Positions 1 through 10,722 of a stretch of DNA of 62,364 nt are shown here, in pieces. The notes under the pieces were generated by a model. That model was not told where the DNA came from and searched no databases. It was given only the letters and a program-made list of their open reading frames with translations. Within the stretch, counting starts at the first letter, position 1, and each line of letters begins with the position of its first letter. The position numbers and the translations under genes were made by a program. The DNA lies in the NCBI GenBank assembly GCA_031292615.1, contig JARLGT010000122.1, positions 1 to 62,364 of the forward strand. Direction: 5' to 3'. This stretch comes from Coriobacteriia bacterium (GTDB taxonomy: Bacteria > Actinomycetota > Coriobacteriia > Anaerosomatales > JAAXUF01).

Positions 1-1902
1 GACGGCTTCCGCAACGAAGTTCAGGTCATCGCGACGGTTCTCTCGGCGGACCAGATCAACCAGCCCGACGTCATCTCGATCATGGGCGCGTCCTCGGCGC
101 TTCTGGCCGCTGGTATCCCGTTCGAGGGCCCGCTTGCCGGCGTCCGCGTCTGCCGCAACACCGAGACGGGCGAGTTCATCGTCAACCCGAGCTTCGATGA
201 GGCCGAGGACTCCGATCTTGACCTCGTCGTCGCTGGCTCCAAGGACGCCGTCTACATGCTCGAAGCCGGCGCGCAGGAGGTCAACGAGGAGGACATGCTC
301 GCTGCCCTCATGTTCGCGCAGGAGGCCATCGGCAAGTTCTGCGAGGTCCAAGAGCGCTTCCTGGCCAAGCTTGAGATCACCCCGATGGAAGTCACCCTGC
401 AGCTGGGCGACCCCGAGATCGAGGCGCGTATCTTCGCCGCCGGTACCGATGAGATGGCCGAGGCGCTTCACAACGCCGATAAGCACGCCCGCATGGCCGG
501 CGTTCAGGCCGTCAAGGACAAGCTGAGCGCCGAGCTGTTCACACCTGAGGAGCTCGCCGCAAGCAGCAAGGACATCAAGGCGTCCCTGAAGAAGCTCGAG
601 AAGAAGACCATGCGCAAGATGGTCCTCGAAGAGGGCGAGCGCGCCGATGGCCGCAAGCTCGACGAGGTCCGCCAGATCACCACGGTCGCCGGCTACCTGC
701 CGCGCAGCCACGGTTCGGGTCTGTTCACGCGTGGCCAGACTCAGGTCCTCTCGGTTCTGACCCTGGGCATGCTCTCCGAGTGGCAGCGCATCGATACGAT
801 CGACGTTGCCGAGGGCAAGCGCTACCTGCACCACTACAACTTCCCGCCGTTCTCCACCGGCGAGACTGGCTTTATGCGTGGTCCGAAGCGCCGCGACATC
901 GGCCACGGTGCGCTCGCCGAACGCGCCCTGCTCCCGGTGATTCCGGCCGAGGACGTCTTCCCGTACACCATCCGCATCGTGTCTGAGGTCCTCGAGTCCA
1001 ACGGTTCGAGCTCCATGGGTTCGGTCTGCGGCTCGACGTTGGCTCTCATGGATGCCGGCGTGCCGATCGCTGCGCCGGTTTCAGGTATCGCGATGGGACT
1101 TATCAAGGAGGGCGACGACGTCGCTATCCTGACTGATATCCAAGGCCTCGAGGACTTCCTTGGCGACATGGACTTGAAGGTCGCAGGTACCGAGAACGGC
1201 ATTACGGCCATGCAGATGGACAACAAGGCCAAGGGCCTGTCAGTCGACATCCTTCGTCGCGCGCTCCTGCAGGCCAAGGAAGGTCGCGCCTTTATCCTCG
1301 GCAAGATGATGGAGTCGATCCAGATCCCTCGCGAGGAGATGAGCAAGTACGCGCCGCGCATCATCACGGTCAAGATCCCGACCGACAAGATCCGCGACGT
1401 CATCGGCTCGGGTGGCAAGGTCGTCCGTGGCATCCAGGAAGAGACTGGCGCCCAGATCGACATCCAGGAAGACGGCACGATCTATATCGCGTCGCGCGAC
1501 CTCGGTGGCGAAGAGGCGGCCCGCCGCATCCGTGCCATCGTCAAGGAGCCGGAGATCGGCGAGGAGTACCACGGCCGCGTCGTCTCGATTCAGGCGTTCG
1601 GCGCGTTCATCGAGCTCATCCCCGGCAAGGACGGCCTGCTGCACATCAGCCGCGTTGCCCAAGGCCGCGTGGACAAGGTCGAGGACGTCCTGTCCGTGGG
1701 GGACGAAGTCCACGTCAAGATCATCGACATCGACGACCGCGGTAAGGTCTCGCTGGACCGTCTCGACAAGCCGGAAGCGCCCCCGAGGGCTCCCGGTTCG
1801 AGCGACCGTCCCAGCGGCGATCGCCCGAGCGGTGACCGCCCGAGCGGCCCGCGTCGCGAGAGCAGCGGCGGCGGCGACCGCAAGCCCAGGCGTCACCACT
1901 AG
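1..1902 (+). CDS. pnp: Polyribonucleotide nucleotidyltransferase (PNPase), 5'-truncated by window edge
   Basis: Frame 1 is open from base 1 (DGFRNEVQVIATVLSADQ...), so the N-terminus lies upstream. RNase PH core (FPPFSTGETGFMRGPKRRDIGHG), KH (IRDVIGSGGKVVRGIQEETG) and S1 (GRVVSIQAFGAFIELIPGKDGLLHIS) segments. TAG at 1900-1902, followed by a hairpin terminator. Confidence 0.95.
   Translation, partial: DGFRNEVQVIATVLSADQINQPDVISIMGASSALLAAGIPFEGPLAGVRVCRNTETGEFIVNPSFDEAEDSDLDLVVAGSKDAVYMLEAGAQEVNEEDMLAALMFAQEAIGKFCEVQERFLAKLEITPMEVTLQLGDPEIEARIFAAGTDEMAEALHNADKHARMAGVQAVKDKLSAELFTPEELAASSKDIKASLKKLEKKTMRKMVLEEGERADGRKLDEVRQITTVAGYLPRSHGSGLFTRGQTQVLSVLTLGMLSEWQRIDTIDVAEGKRYLHHYNFPPFSTGETGFMRGPKRRDIGHGALAERALLPVIPAEDVFPYTIRIVSEVLESNGSSSMGSVCGSTLALMDAGVPIAAPVSGIAMGLIKEGDDVAILTDIQGLEDFLGDMDLKVAGTENGITAMQMDNKAKGLSVDILRRALLQAKEGRAFILGKMMESIQIPREEMSKYAPRIITVKIPTDKIRDVIGSGGKVVRGIQEETGAQIDIQEDGTIYIASRDLGGEEAARRIRAIVKEPEIGEEYHGRVVSIQAFGAFIELIPGKDGLLHISRVAQGRVDKVEDVLSVGDEVHVKIIDIDDRGKVSLDRLDKPEAPPRAPGSSDRPSGDRPSGDRPSGPRRESSGGGDRKPRRHH
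1804..1848 (+). repeat. In-frame 15-nt tandem repeat encoding (DRPSG)x3 in the PNPase C-terminal tail
   Basis: GACCGTCCCAGCGGC / GATCGCCCGAGCGGT / GACCGCCCGAGCGGC, read directly. Confidence 0.9.
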
Positions 1903-1931
1903 GCGCAGCTGGCAGGACACGCGACGAACAT

Positions 1932-1969
1932 GAGGCCCCGGGTGCGAGATGCGCTCGGGGCCTTTCGTC
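1932..1969 (+). terminator. Intrinsic terminator after pnp
   Basis: AGGCCCCGGGTGC / GCGCTCGGGGCCT stem of about 13 bp (including G-U pairs), loop GAGAT, then TTCGTC. Confidence 0.75.
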
Positions 1970-2069
1970 GCTCTCGCATCCACGTCTGCGCTCCACGAGC
2001 GCCCGGGCAGTACCCTCTTGGGCACATACCTGCCAGCGTCCCTCACGCCGTGCCAGTAAGGAGCCCCGC

Positions 2070-2432
2070 ATGACAGACAAGCCGAGTCCCATCGACGAGT
2101 ACCTTGCGACCGTCCCGAAGGCGCAGCGCACCGCGCTTCAGGAGCTGCGCGACGTCATCAAGAACGTGGTTCCCGACGCACAGGAGGTCAAGAGCTACGG
2201 GATGCCCGCGTTCAAGTTCGAGGGCAAGGTCGTTGCCGGGTTCTTGGCGTGGGCGAATCATCTGGCGTACTACCCGTTCAGCGGCTCGACGCTCGGCGAG
2301 TTCGCCGAAGAGCTCAAGGACTTCAAGCAGACCAAGAGCGCACTTCACTTCCAGCCGGACCACCCCATCCCGCCGGATCTGGTACGCAGGCTCATCGAGT
2401 CGCGGATCGCCGCAAATCGCACGAAGACCTGA
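2070..2432 (+). CDS. DUF1801 (YdhG-like) domain protein
   Basis: 120-aa ORF. ATG is preceded by GTAAGGAG. IDEYLATVPKAQRTALQELRDVI...GMPAFKF resembles the DUF1801 family. High GC3. Confidence 0.6.
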   Translation: MTDKPSPIDEYLATVPKAQRTALQELRDVIKNVVPDAQEVKSYGMPAFKFEGKVVAGFLAWANHLAYYPFSGSTLGEFAEELKDFKQTKSALHFQPDHPIPPDLVRRLIESRIAANRTKT

Positions 2433-2577
2433 AGCTTTTGGCCGGCGTTTCACCACAGCCTCCATGCTGCCGATAACTGCTGTGTACACTGGCAGGCCCA
2501 AGCACGCCCCGCCGTGGTTCTCGGCGAGCAAGCATGCGGGTCCCACGGCACGACCGCGATACGAGGGGGAGTCTCGG

Positions 2578-3711
2578 ATGAGCGAAAAGTCAACTCAGAT
2601 GCACAGACGGCGGCGCGCAAGCGACTCGCCTATAGGGCCGGTTGCCGACGTCACGCCCACGATGGACTCGTTGCTTGAGTACGTGGTCAAGATGGGCGCG
2701 AGCGACCTGCACATCGCCTCTGGGGTTGCACCGACGATGCGAGTCAACGGCGAACTGGTGACTATCCCGGACACTCCAACTCTGAGCTGTGAGATGGCCG
2801 AGTACTTAGTGCAGAGCATGATGTCGCTTGCCCAGTGGGACGAGTTCCAGAGGGAGTGGGAGCTCGACTTTTCTTTTGGTCGCCGCGGCCTGGGCCGCTA
2901 CCGCGTTGGCGCGTTTCGCGAGCGCGGAGACGCCTCTGCGGTCCTAAGGCGTGTGCCTGCCGAGGCGGCCAAGCTAGAAGATCTGGGACTTCCCAAGAGT
3001 GTCGGAACGTTCGCATGGCTCAACCACGGTCTGGTGCTGGTCACAGGGCCGTCGGGAAGCGGCAAGTCGACCACGCTGACCGCCATAATCGACAAGATCA
3101 ACCACGACCGCAACGTTCACGTGATCACCATCGAGGACCCAATCGAGTTCGTGCACACGCACGACAAGGCGATCGTGCAGCAGCGCGAGCTGGGCAAAGA
3201 CACGACGTCGTTTGCGCGCGCGCTCAGAAGCGCGCTTCGTGAGGATCCAGACGTACTGCTGATTGGCGAGATGCGCGACACCGAGACTATCTCGGCGACC
3301 GTCAGCGCGGCCGAGACGGGCCATCTGGTGTTCGCCACGCTGCACACCAACAGCGCGGCGCAGTCCATCGACCGCATCGTCGACTCTTTTCCGCCACACC
3401 AGCAGACGCAGATTCGGCTTCAACTGGCCAGCTCGCTGGCGGGTATCGTCTCGCAACGCCTCATCCCCACGGCCAAAGGCAGCCGCATCTGCGTTGCCGA
3501 AGTCCTGATAGTCAACGGCGCGGTGCGTAACCTCATCCGCGAGGGCAAAGCGCACCAGATCGACAACGTGATGCAGGCCGGAATCAAGGACGGGATGGTC
3601 ATCTTCGACATGCGCCTCGCCGAGCTCGTACGCTCGCGCGTCATCACAAGAGAAATCGCGCTCACGTACGCGATGGACCCGCGCTCGTTTGAAAGCCGCT
3701 TGCGCGCCTGA
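2578..3711 (+). CDS. pilT: Type IV pilus retraction ATPase PilT
   Basis: ATG 2578 after GAGGGGGAG. Walker A GPSGSGKST, Walker B DVLLIGEMRD, His box GHLVFATLHT, PilT-type AVRNLIREGK motif. The track start at 2104 is an upstream extension overlapping the DUF1801 gene. Confidence 0.88.
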   Translation: MSEKSTQMHRRRRASDSPIGPVADVTPTMDSLLEYVVKMGASDLHIASGVAPTMRVNGELVTIPDTPTLSCEMAEYLVQSMMSLAQWDEFQREWELDFSFGRRGLGRYRVGAFRERGDASAVLRRVPAEAAKLEDLGLPKSVGTFAWLNHGLVLVTGPSGSGKSTTLTAIIDKINHDRNVHVITIEDPIEFVHTHDKAIVQQRELGKDTTSFARALRSALREDPDVLLIGEMRDTETISATVSAAETGHLVFATLHTNSAAQSIDRIVDSFPPHQQTQIRLQLASSLAGIVSQRLIPTAKGSRICVAEVLIVNGAVRNLIREGKAHQIDNVMQAGIKDGMVIFDMRLAELVRSRVITREIALTYAMDPRSFESRLRA

Positions 3712-3837
3712 TTGCGCCCCGAGTTACGGCCGAGACCCCGCGCCGCGGATCGCCGTCCTTTCGACTGTCCAGCAGCACCCGGGGGAGAGACGATAGGGCG
3801 ACTGAAGCGGCGTTTTGAATCGACCGAGAGGAACATC

Positions 3838-5439
3838 GTGACCGAGTCCGCTTCCCAACAGCCCACCAAGCACAGCTGGGTCGTGATCGGTGTCTTGGCC
3901 GCCGCGCAGTTCGTCATGGTGATCGACGCGACCGTGATGAACGTCTCGATCTCCAAGATCGTGGCCGATCTGGGCACTACCGTTGTGGGCATTCAGACCG
4001 CCATCACGGCGTTTACCCTGGTCATGGCGGCGTTCATGTTGACCGGCGGCAAACTGGGCAACTGGCTGGGCGCCAAGCGGGCCTTCGGAATCGGACTGCT
4101 GGTCTACGGCACTGGCTCGCTTCTCACCGCCCTGTCGCAGAACCTCGGCCAGCTCCTAGTTGGATGGTCGCTTCTTGAAGGTCTCGGCGCCGTGCTCGTC
4201 ATCCCCGCGATTGCGGCGCTGACCTCGGCGAACTACTCGGGCAAGCAGCGAGCGCTTTCGTTCGGCATCCTCGGCGGAGTCGCCGGTGCCGCAGCCGCGG
4301 CCGGCCCGATCATCGGCGGGCTCGTGACAACGTATGCGTCGTGGCGCTACGTGTTCGCCGCCGAGACAATCATGTGCATCGGCATCCTGCTCGCGTCGCG
4401 CCGAATGGCGTCGCCCGAGCGCGCCGAGCACCGCCGCTTCGACGCACTTGGGGCGGCGCTCTCGATCGTGGGCCTCGGCATGTTCGTCTTTGGCGTGCTT
4501 CAGTCGAGTCAGTGGGGATGGATCACGCCGAGCGCCGCCGCTCCGATCGCGCCGCTGGGCTATTCGCCGGTGATGTGGCTCGTGCTGGCGGGCTCAATCC
4601 TGATCGCGCTGTTCATCCGATGGGAGTCCCGTGTGATGCACACGGGTGGGGAGCCGCTCCTCGACCTGTCGCTTTTGCGAATCCCGACACTGCGTGCTGG
4701 CCTCTCGATGCTCGCAGTCCAGCAGTTCGTCGTAGCCGGTACCTTCTTCGTACTGCCGCTCTATCTGCAGACCGTGCTCGGCCTCGACGCGCTCGACACG
4801 GGGATGAAGCTCCTGCCGCTCTCGGCGTGCCTGCTGGTCTTCGCGCTTGGGGGCTCGGCGCTCACCTCGCGTTTCGGGGCGCGCGCCATCGCCAGAATCG
4901 GCATCATCGCCATCCTCGCTTCAGAGCTGACGCTGCAGATCAGCCTCGACCCCAACCTTAGGTCGCTCACGTTCGCGCTGGCGCTGGGGCTGTTGGGCAG
5001 TGGCCTCGGAATGCTCGCGTCGCAGCTTGGCAACGTCAACCTCTCCTCGGTACCGGTCGAACGAGGCGCCGAGGTTGGTGGGTTGCAGGGTACCGTCCAG
5101 AACATGGGGGCGTCACTTGGCACCGCGCTCGTGGGGGCGATGCTCATCTCAACGCTTGGAACTGGCTTCGTGACGACGGTGCGCAACAACCCAGCCCTGC
5201 CGCCTGCGGTGCTACAGGCCGTGTCCAAAGCCAAGGCTGGAGGGCTCGACTTCGTCAGCAGCGAGGTGGTTGAAAAGACGGCCACCGACAAGGGTCTACG
5301 CGCGGCCGATGTCAGCTCACTCGTCCAGGACTACCAGTCGGCGCAGATCAACGCGCTCAAGCTCTCCGTCGGCTTGCTGGCGATCTTTGCCCTGCTCGGC
5401 CTGTGGTTCGTGAAGGACCTGCCGGGTAAGCCAGAGTAG
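3838..5439 (+). CDS. MFS transporter, DHA2 (EmrB/QacA-like) drug/proton antiporter family
   Basis: GTG 3838 after GAGAGGAA. Many hydrophobic helices. N-terminal VIGVLAAAQFVMVIDATVMNVSI is typical of 14-TMS MFS exporters. The track start at 3712 is a low-complexity extension. Confidence 0.8.
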   Translation: MTESASQQPTKHSWVVIGVLAAAQFVMVIDATVMNVSISKIVADLGTTVVGIQTAITAFTLVMAAFMLTGGKLGNWLGAKRAFGIGLLVYGTGSLLTALSQNLGQLLVGWSLLEGLGAVLVIPAIAALTSANYSGKQRALSFGILGGVAGAAAAAGPIIGGLVTTYASWRYVFAAETIMCIGILLASRRMASPERAEHRRFDALGAALSIVGLGMFVFGVLQSSQWGWITPSAAAPIAPLGYSPVMWLVLAGSILIALFIRWESRVMHTGGEPLLDLSLLRIPTLRAGLSMLAVQQFVVAGTFFVLPLYLQTVLGLDALDTGMKLLPLSACLLVFALGGSALTSRFGARAIARIGIIAILASELTLQISLDPNLRSLTFALALGLLGSGLGMLASQLGNVNLSSVPVERGAEVGGLQGTVQNMGASLGTALVGAMLISTLGTGFVTTVRNNPALPPAVLQAVSKAKAGGLDFVSSEVVEKTATDKGLRAADVSSLVQDYQSAQINALKLSVGLLAIFALLGLWFVKDLPGKPE

Positions 5440-5444
5440 AGGGG

Positions 5445-7058
<1,614 letters not shown>

Positions 7059-7316
7059 GACGGCTGCCTCTCATCGTCACGCGCCCTTTGCGGCGGCGCG
7101 CAAGCTGGATATCGTTCAGTGAGTACCCACAACGGGGCAGGGGCTAAGACGTGGCCGTGCGACGACCGAACCGCGAGTGCAGCCGCTCAGCGGGCCATAG
7201 GCACTCTGCGGACGCAAGTCGCGGGGCTCACCGGTTCGCAGCACGGCTTGGCGCCGAGAGCGTGAGCCTGTGGAACCCCGCGCTGGTAGTGCGCACGGCA
7301 GCGCCCCTCAGGGCGA

Positions 7317-8528
7317 CTACTCGATCATCCCCCCGTGGCGACGCATCCGGGTTACCGACTCGATCGTCACCGCCGCGATCAGGACGCCCCCAGTGACGAT
7401 GTACTTCACCGACGAAGCAAGGGAGAGTAGGTCCATGCCGTTAGCGATTGACCCGATAACCAACGCGCCGAGAAGTGCCGACCACACGGATCCGCGTCCA
7501 CCGAACAGGCTCGTGCCGGCGATGACGGGGCCAGCGATCGCCATGAGCAGAAGGTCGCTGCCACCGGAGGACTGGTTGACGGCCATCAGACGGGATGCGG
7601 CCAAGATGCCACCGGCCGCAGCGAGCGTGGAGCCCAAGACGAACACGAGCATCCGAACGTGCTCGATCTTGATTCCGCCACGTCGAGCGGCCTCAGCGTT
7701 GCCGCCCACGGCGAACATGTGGCGCCCGAAACGAGTGCGCTCGGTGAGGTAAGCGAACGCGAGCGCAAGAGCGAAGACGATGCAGACGACAAGGGGAAGT
7801 CCGCGGTCCTCATTAAAGATGAAGACCATCGCGATAATCGCGGCCGCGATAGCAACCACAGTGAAGACGAGACCCCCGAGCGAGCCTACCTTCAGCCCAG
7901 CCTTGCTCCTCCTGGAACGCCCAAACAGCGCGGCGGCCAGAATCAGCACGATTGCGACGCTCGCGACCGCCCACCCGATGAGTGGGGGGAAGAACGTGCT
8001 CGTCAGAGCGGTCACGAAGTTGTCGCTGAGGTTCAGCGTTCCCGTGTCACCGAGTACGTAGAGGAGCAGCCCCACCAGTGTGAGCGAGACTGCGAGCGTG
8101 ACCACGAACGATGGAATCTTGAAACGCGTGACCATGAACCCGTTGAATAGTCCGATGAGTGCTCCGGTGGCCAGTGCCACGAGCACAGCGAGCACGGGTT
8201 GCACGCCGTGCAGCACCATAAGGACAACCATCACTGCCGCGCAGAAACCACTGGCGGCACCGACTGACAGATCTATCTCGCCGAGCAGCAAGATCAGCAC
8301 GACGCCGATGGAGATTGTAGCGACGGCCGCCTGCTGGAGCATCAGGTTGGTGAGGTTCCCGGGGCTTAAGAAACGCGAGTTCTGCGACTGGAAGAACGTC
8401 CAGATCGCTCCCACCATGAGCAGAACGAGGAGGGTGCCCGCCTCACCTGCCGCGAGCTTGCGACCCAACCCCTTGAACATGTCGCCCATGCCGCGAATCG
8501 AAGCGGGGCTTTCTTGTTGGGCGCTCAT
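7317..8528 (-). CDS. Sugar ABC transporter permease (CUT2, ribose/xylose type)
   Basis: 403-aa polytopic membrane protein. ATGA start/stop overlap with the upstream ATPase gene. Confidence 0.85.
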   Translation of the reverse strand: MSAQQESPASIRGMGDMFKGLGRKLAAGEAGTLLVLLMVGAIWTFFQSQNSRFLSPGNLTNLMLQQAAVATISIGVVLILLLGEIDLSVGAASGFCAAVMVVLMVLHGVQPVLAVLVALATGALIGLFNGFMVTRFKIPSFVVTLAVSLTLVGLLLYVLGDTGTLNLSDNFVTALTSTFFPPLIGWAVASVAIVLILAAALFGRSRRSKAGLKVGSLGGLVFTVVAIAAAIIAMVFIFNEDRGLPLVVCIVFALALAFAYLTERTRFGRHMFAVGGNAEAARRGGIKIEHVRMLVFVLGSTLAAAGGILAASRLMAVNQSSGGSDLLLMAIAGPVIAGTSLFGGRGSVWSALLGALVIGSIANGMDLLSLASSVKYIVTGGVLIAAVTIESVTRMRRHGGMIE

Positions 8529-9346
8529 ACGCCCTCCTTGGCCGCGTTTGCCTGGAGTCCGAACTCGGCGCCCGTGATCGCGGCGACGACGTCCTCGCGG
8601 CTCACGCCGCGCACGTCAAACGTCGCGGCTCGGCGTCCCAGTCGCAGGACGATTATTCGGTCGGCCACCGCGAAGACGTTCTCGAGGTTGTGACTGATCA
8701 CGACGACCCCAAGCCCGCGCTTGCGAAGAGTGCCGATAAGGTTCAGAACCTGCTCCGTCTGTGAGACGCCCAGAGCGGCCGTCGGCTCGTCGAGCAGGAC
8801 CACCTTCGGGTCGCCCAAAAGCGACCGCGCGATGGCGACCGCCTGTCGCTGTCCACCAGAGAGCGAGCCGACACGGACTCGGACGTCCTTGATGGTCGTG
8901 ACGGCAAGGGAGTCGAGGAGCTCTAGGGAGCGCCGCTCCATGCCGGTCTCGTCGAGGAAGTAGCCGAGACGCCCGAAGCCCTTGGTGAACAGCTCGTGTC
9001 CCAAGTACAGGTTCGCGACCACGTCGAGGTTGTCGCAGAGGGCGAGGTCCTGATAGACGGTCGCGATGCCAAGCCTCGTGGCGTCCTGCGGGCTTGAGAT
9101 CTTCATCGGCACGCCATTGAAGTAGAACGTGCCCTCGTCGCACAGCTGCACGCCAGCAATCGCCTTGACGAGCGTCGACTTCCCAGCTCCGTTGTCGCCG
9201 ACAAGCGCAACCACCTCTCCGGCGTCGACTTCGAAGTCGACGCCGGAGAGGGCTTGGTTGGCGCCGAACGCCTTGCTCACGCCTTTCAGCGAGAGCAAGT
9301 ACGTCCGGACGCCGCTCGCGCCTATCGATTCGGTTGCAGTCGTCAC
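8525..9346 (-). CDS. Sugar ABC transporter ATP-binding protein (single NBD)
   Basis: Walker A GDNGAGKST, signature LSGGQRQ, Walker B VVLLDEPTAALG. GTGA overlap with the binding-protein gene. Confidence 0.9.
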   Translation of the reverse strand: MTTATESIGASGVRTYLLSLKGVSKAFGANQALSGVDFEVDAGEVVALVGDNGAGKSTLVKAIAGVQLCDEGTFYFNGVPMKISSPQDATRLGIATVYQDLALCDNLDVVANLYLGHELFTKGFGRLGYFLDETGMERRSLELLDSLAVTTIKDVRVRVGSLSGGQRQAVAIARSLLGDPKVVLLDEPTAALGVSQTEQVLNLIGTLRKRGLGVVVISHNLENVFAVADRIIVLRLGRRAATFDVRGVSREDVVAAITGAEFGLQANAAKEGV

Positions 9347-10470
9347 TTGATGCCGAGCGCCGCACCAGCTGCCTGAAGCGCTGGCGTGTTCAGTATCTGC
9401 GCAGGTGTCCAGAACTTGTCGGCCACTACTGTGCTCTCGATGTTGTCCTTGTTCACCGCAATCGGGACCAACAGGACTGAAGGAACGTCCTTGGTGCCGT
9501 TGTTCACGTTGGTCATGGTGATGTCAGAGGGCACCGGCTGTTTGTTCGCGAGTGCCACTGCCACGACTGCGGCAGAACTGGCCTCTTGGCTGATCGCCTT
9601 GTAGATGGTCATGTACTGCTCGCCGAGAATGATGCGCTGAATGCCCGCGAGCTCGGCATCTTGGCCGGTCGTCGGCTTGGTCTTGGGGTCGATGCCGGCA
9701 GCCTTCATGGCGGCAATGGCGCCGCCCGCGGTGCCGTCGTTGGCGGCATAGACGCCATCGAACCCGTTCTTGCCGACCTTGGTGATTGCCTGGTCCATCT
9801 CGGTCTGAGCCTGGTCCGGGCTCCAGTCAGGAGTGTCGTACTCGGCGACGATGTCTACTTGACCGTCGAGCACGCTGTGAGCGCCCTTCTTGAAGAGCGT
9901 GGCGTTGTTGTCGGTCGGCGAGCCATTGATCATGACGATCTTGGGCTTGCCACTGGTAACCGTGGCCTTGAGCTTGTCGAGCAGGGCCTGGGCCTGCAGC
10001 TTGCCGACCTGTTCGTTGTCGAAGGACACGTAGTTGTCGATCGGAGCGCCGTTGATCAGGCGGTCATAGGCAACAACCGGCACGCCCTTGGCGGCGGCCT
10101 TCTGCACGATCGACGCGGCTGAAGTTGAGTCGACGGCGTCCAGAACGAGGACGTTTGCGCCGTTGGTCAGCGCCGCATCCGCCTGAGACTGCTGCTGCGC
10201 CGGATCCTGGTTGGCGTTGCTGTAGATGATCTCGGCGTTGGGTGCAATCTCCTTGACCTTCGCCTCGAAGAGCGGCTTGTCCTGAGTCTCGTAGCGAGCC
10301 GTCTTGGTCTCAGGTAGCAGCAGAGCGATCTTGACTGGGCCGGCTCCGGTGCTCGTGCTGCTGGTCGACGTACTTGCGCCACCACCCGATGCACAGCCGG
10401 CGAGGACAAGCAACATGCCCACGACGAGCAGCAGTGCACAGAGCCTTACGAGTGACTTCTTACCGTGCAT
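9343..10470 (-). CDS. Sugar-binding lipoprotein of ABC transporter (XylF/RbsB-like periplasmic binding fold)
   Basis: Signal peptide with lipobox LAGC followed by an S/T/G linker. Peripla_BP-type sequence. GGGAGG precedes the ATG. Confidence 0.85.
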   Translation of the reverse strand: MHGKKSLVRLCALLLVVGMLLVLAGCASGGGASTSTSSTSTGAGPVKIALLLPETKTARYETQDKPLFEAKVKEIAPNAEIIYSNANQDPAQQQSQADAALTNGANVLVLDAVDSTSAASIVQKAAAKGVPVVAYDRLINGAPIDNYVSFDNEQVGKLQAQALLDKLKATVTSGKPKIVMINGSPTDNNATLFKKGAHSVLDGQVDIVAEYDTPDWSPDQAQTEMDQAITKVGKNGFDGVYAANDGTAGGAIAAMKAAGIDPKTKPTTGQDAELAGIQRIILGEQYMTIYKAISQEASSAAVVAVALANKQPVPSDITMTNVNNGTKDVPSVLLVPIAVNKDNIESTVVADKFWTPAQILNTPALQAAGAALGIK

Positions 10471-10722
10471 GATTGCCTCCCATCACAACAGGAATCTCGA
10501 CCTGCTCCCAATGAGATCTCGCAGGCCCCGCTGGGATGATTCCCATGAAGTGCCATTTCCAGTTAACAACTGTCAACGACACGCCTGCCTCACTCCGAGC
10601 GCGTCACTTGAGGGCGGGGTGGTCGGCTGGTGGGTGCGCGTCGCGTTGCGACTCGACGTGGGGGTGCGCGCGTGAAGGTCCGCGCGCGAGAGAGGGCGTG
10701 CGAGCTCGGGTGGGGCAGCGCT

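Noticed and set aside
2104-2577. Upstream 158 codons of the track ORF containing pilT
   Set aside because: It overlaps the DUF1801 gene in another frame, and its composition is Arg/Ser/Pro-rich. A good RBS and ATG at 2578 give a normal-length PilT.
10540-10580. TTGACA plus the GTTAACAACTGTCAAC imperfect palindrome upstream of the sugar ABC operon, considered as promoter/operator
   Set aside because: There is a perfect -35 hexamer on the minus strand but no convincing -10 at 16-19 nt. The palindrome matches only 6 of 8 pairs and fits no operator family I know. This is too weak to list as a feature.
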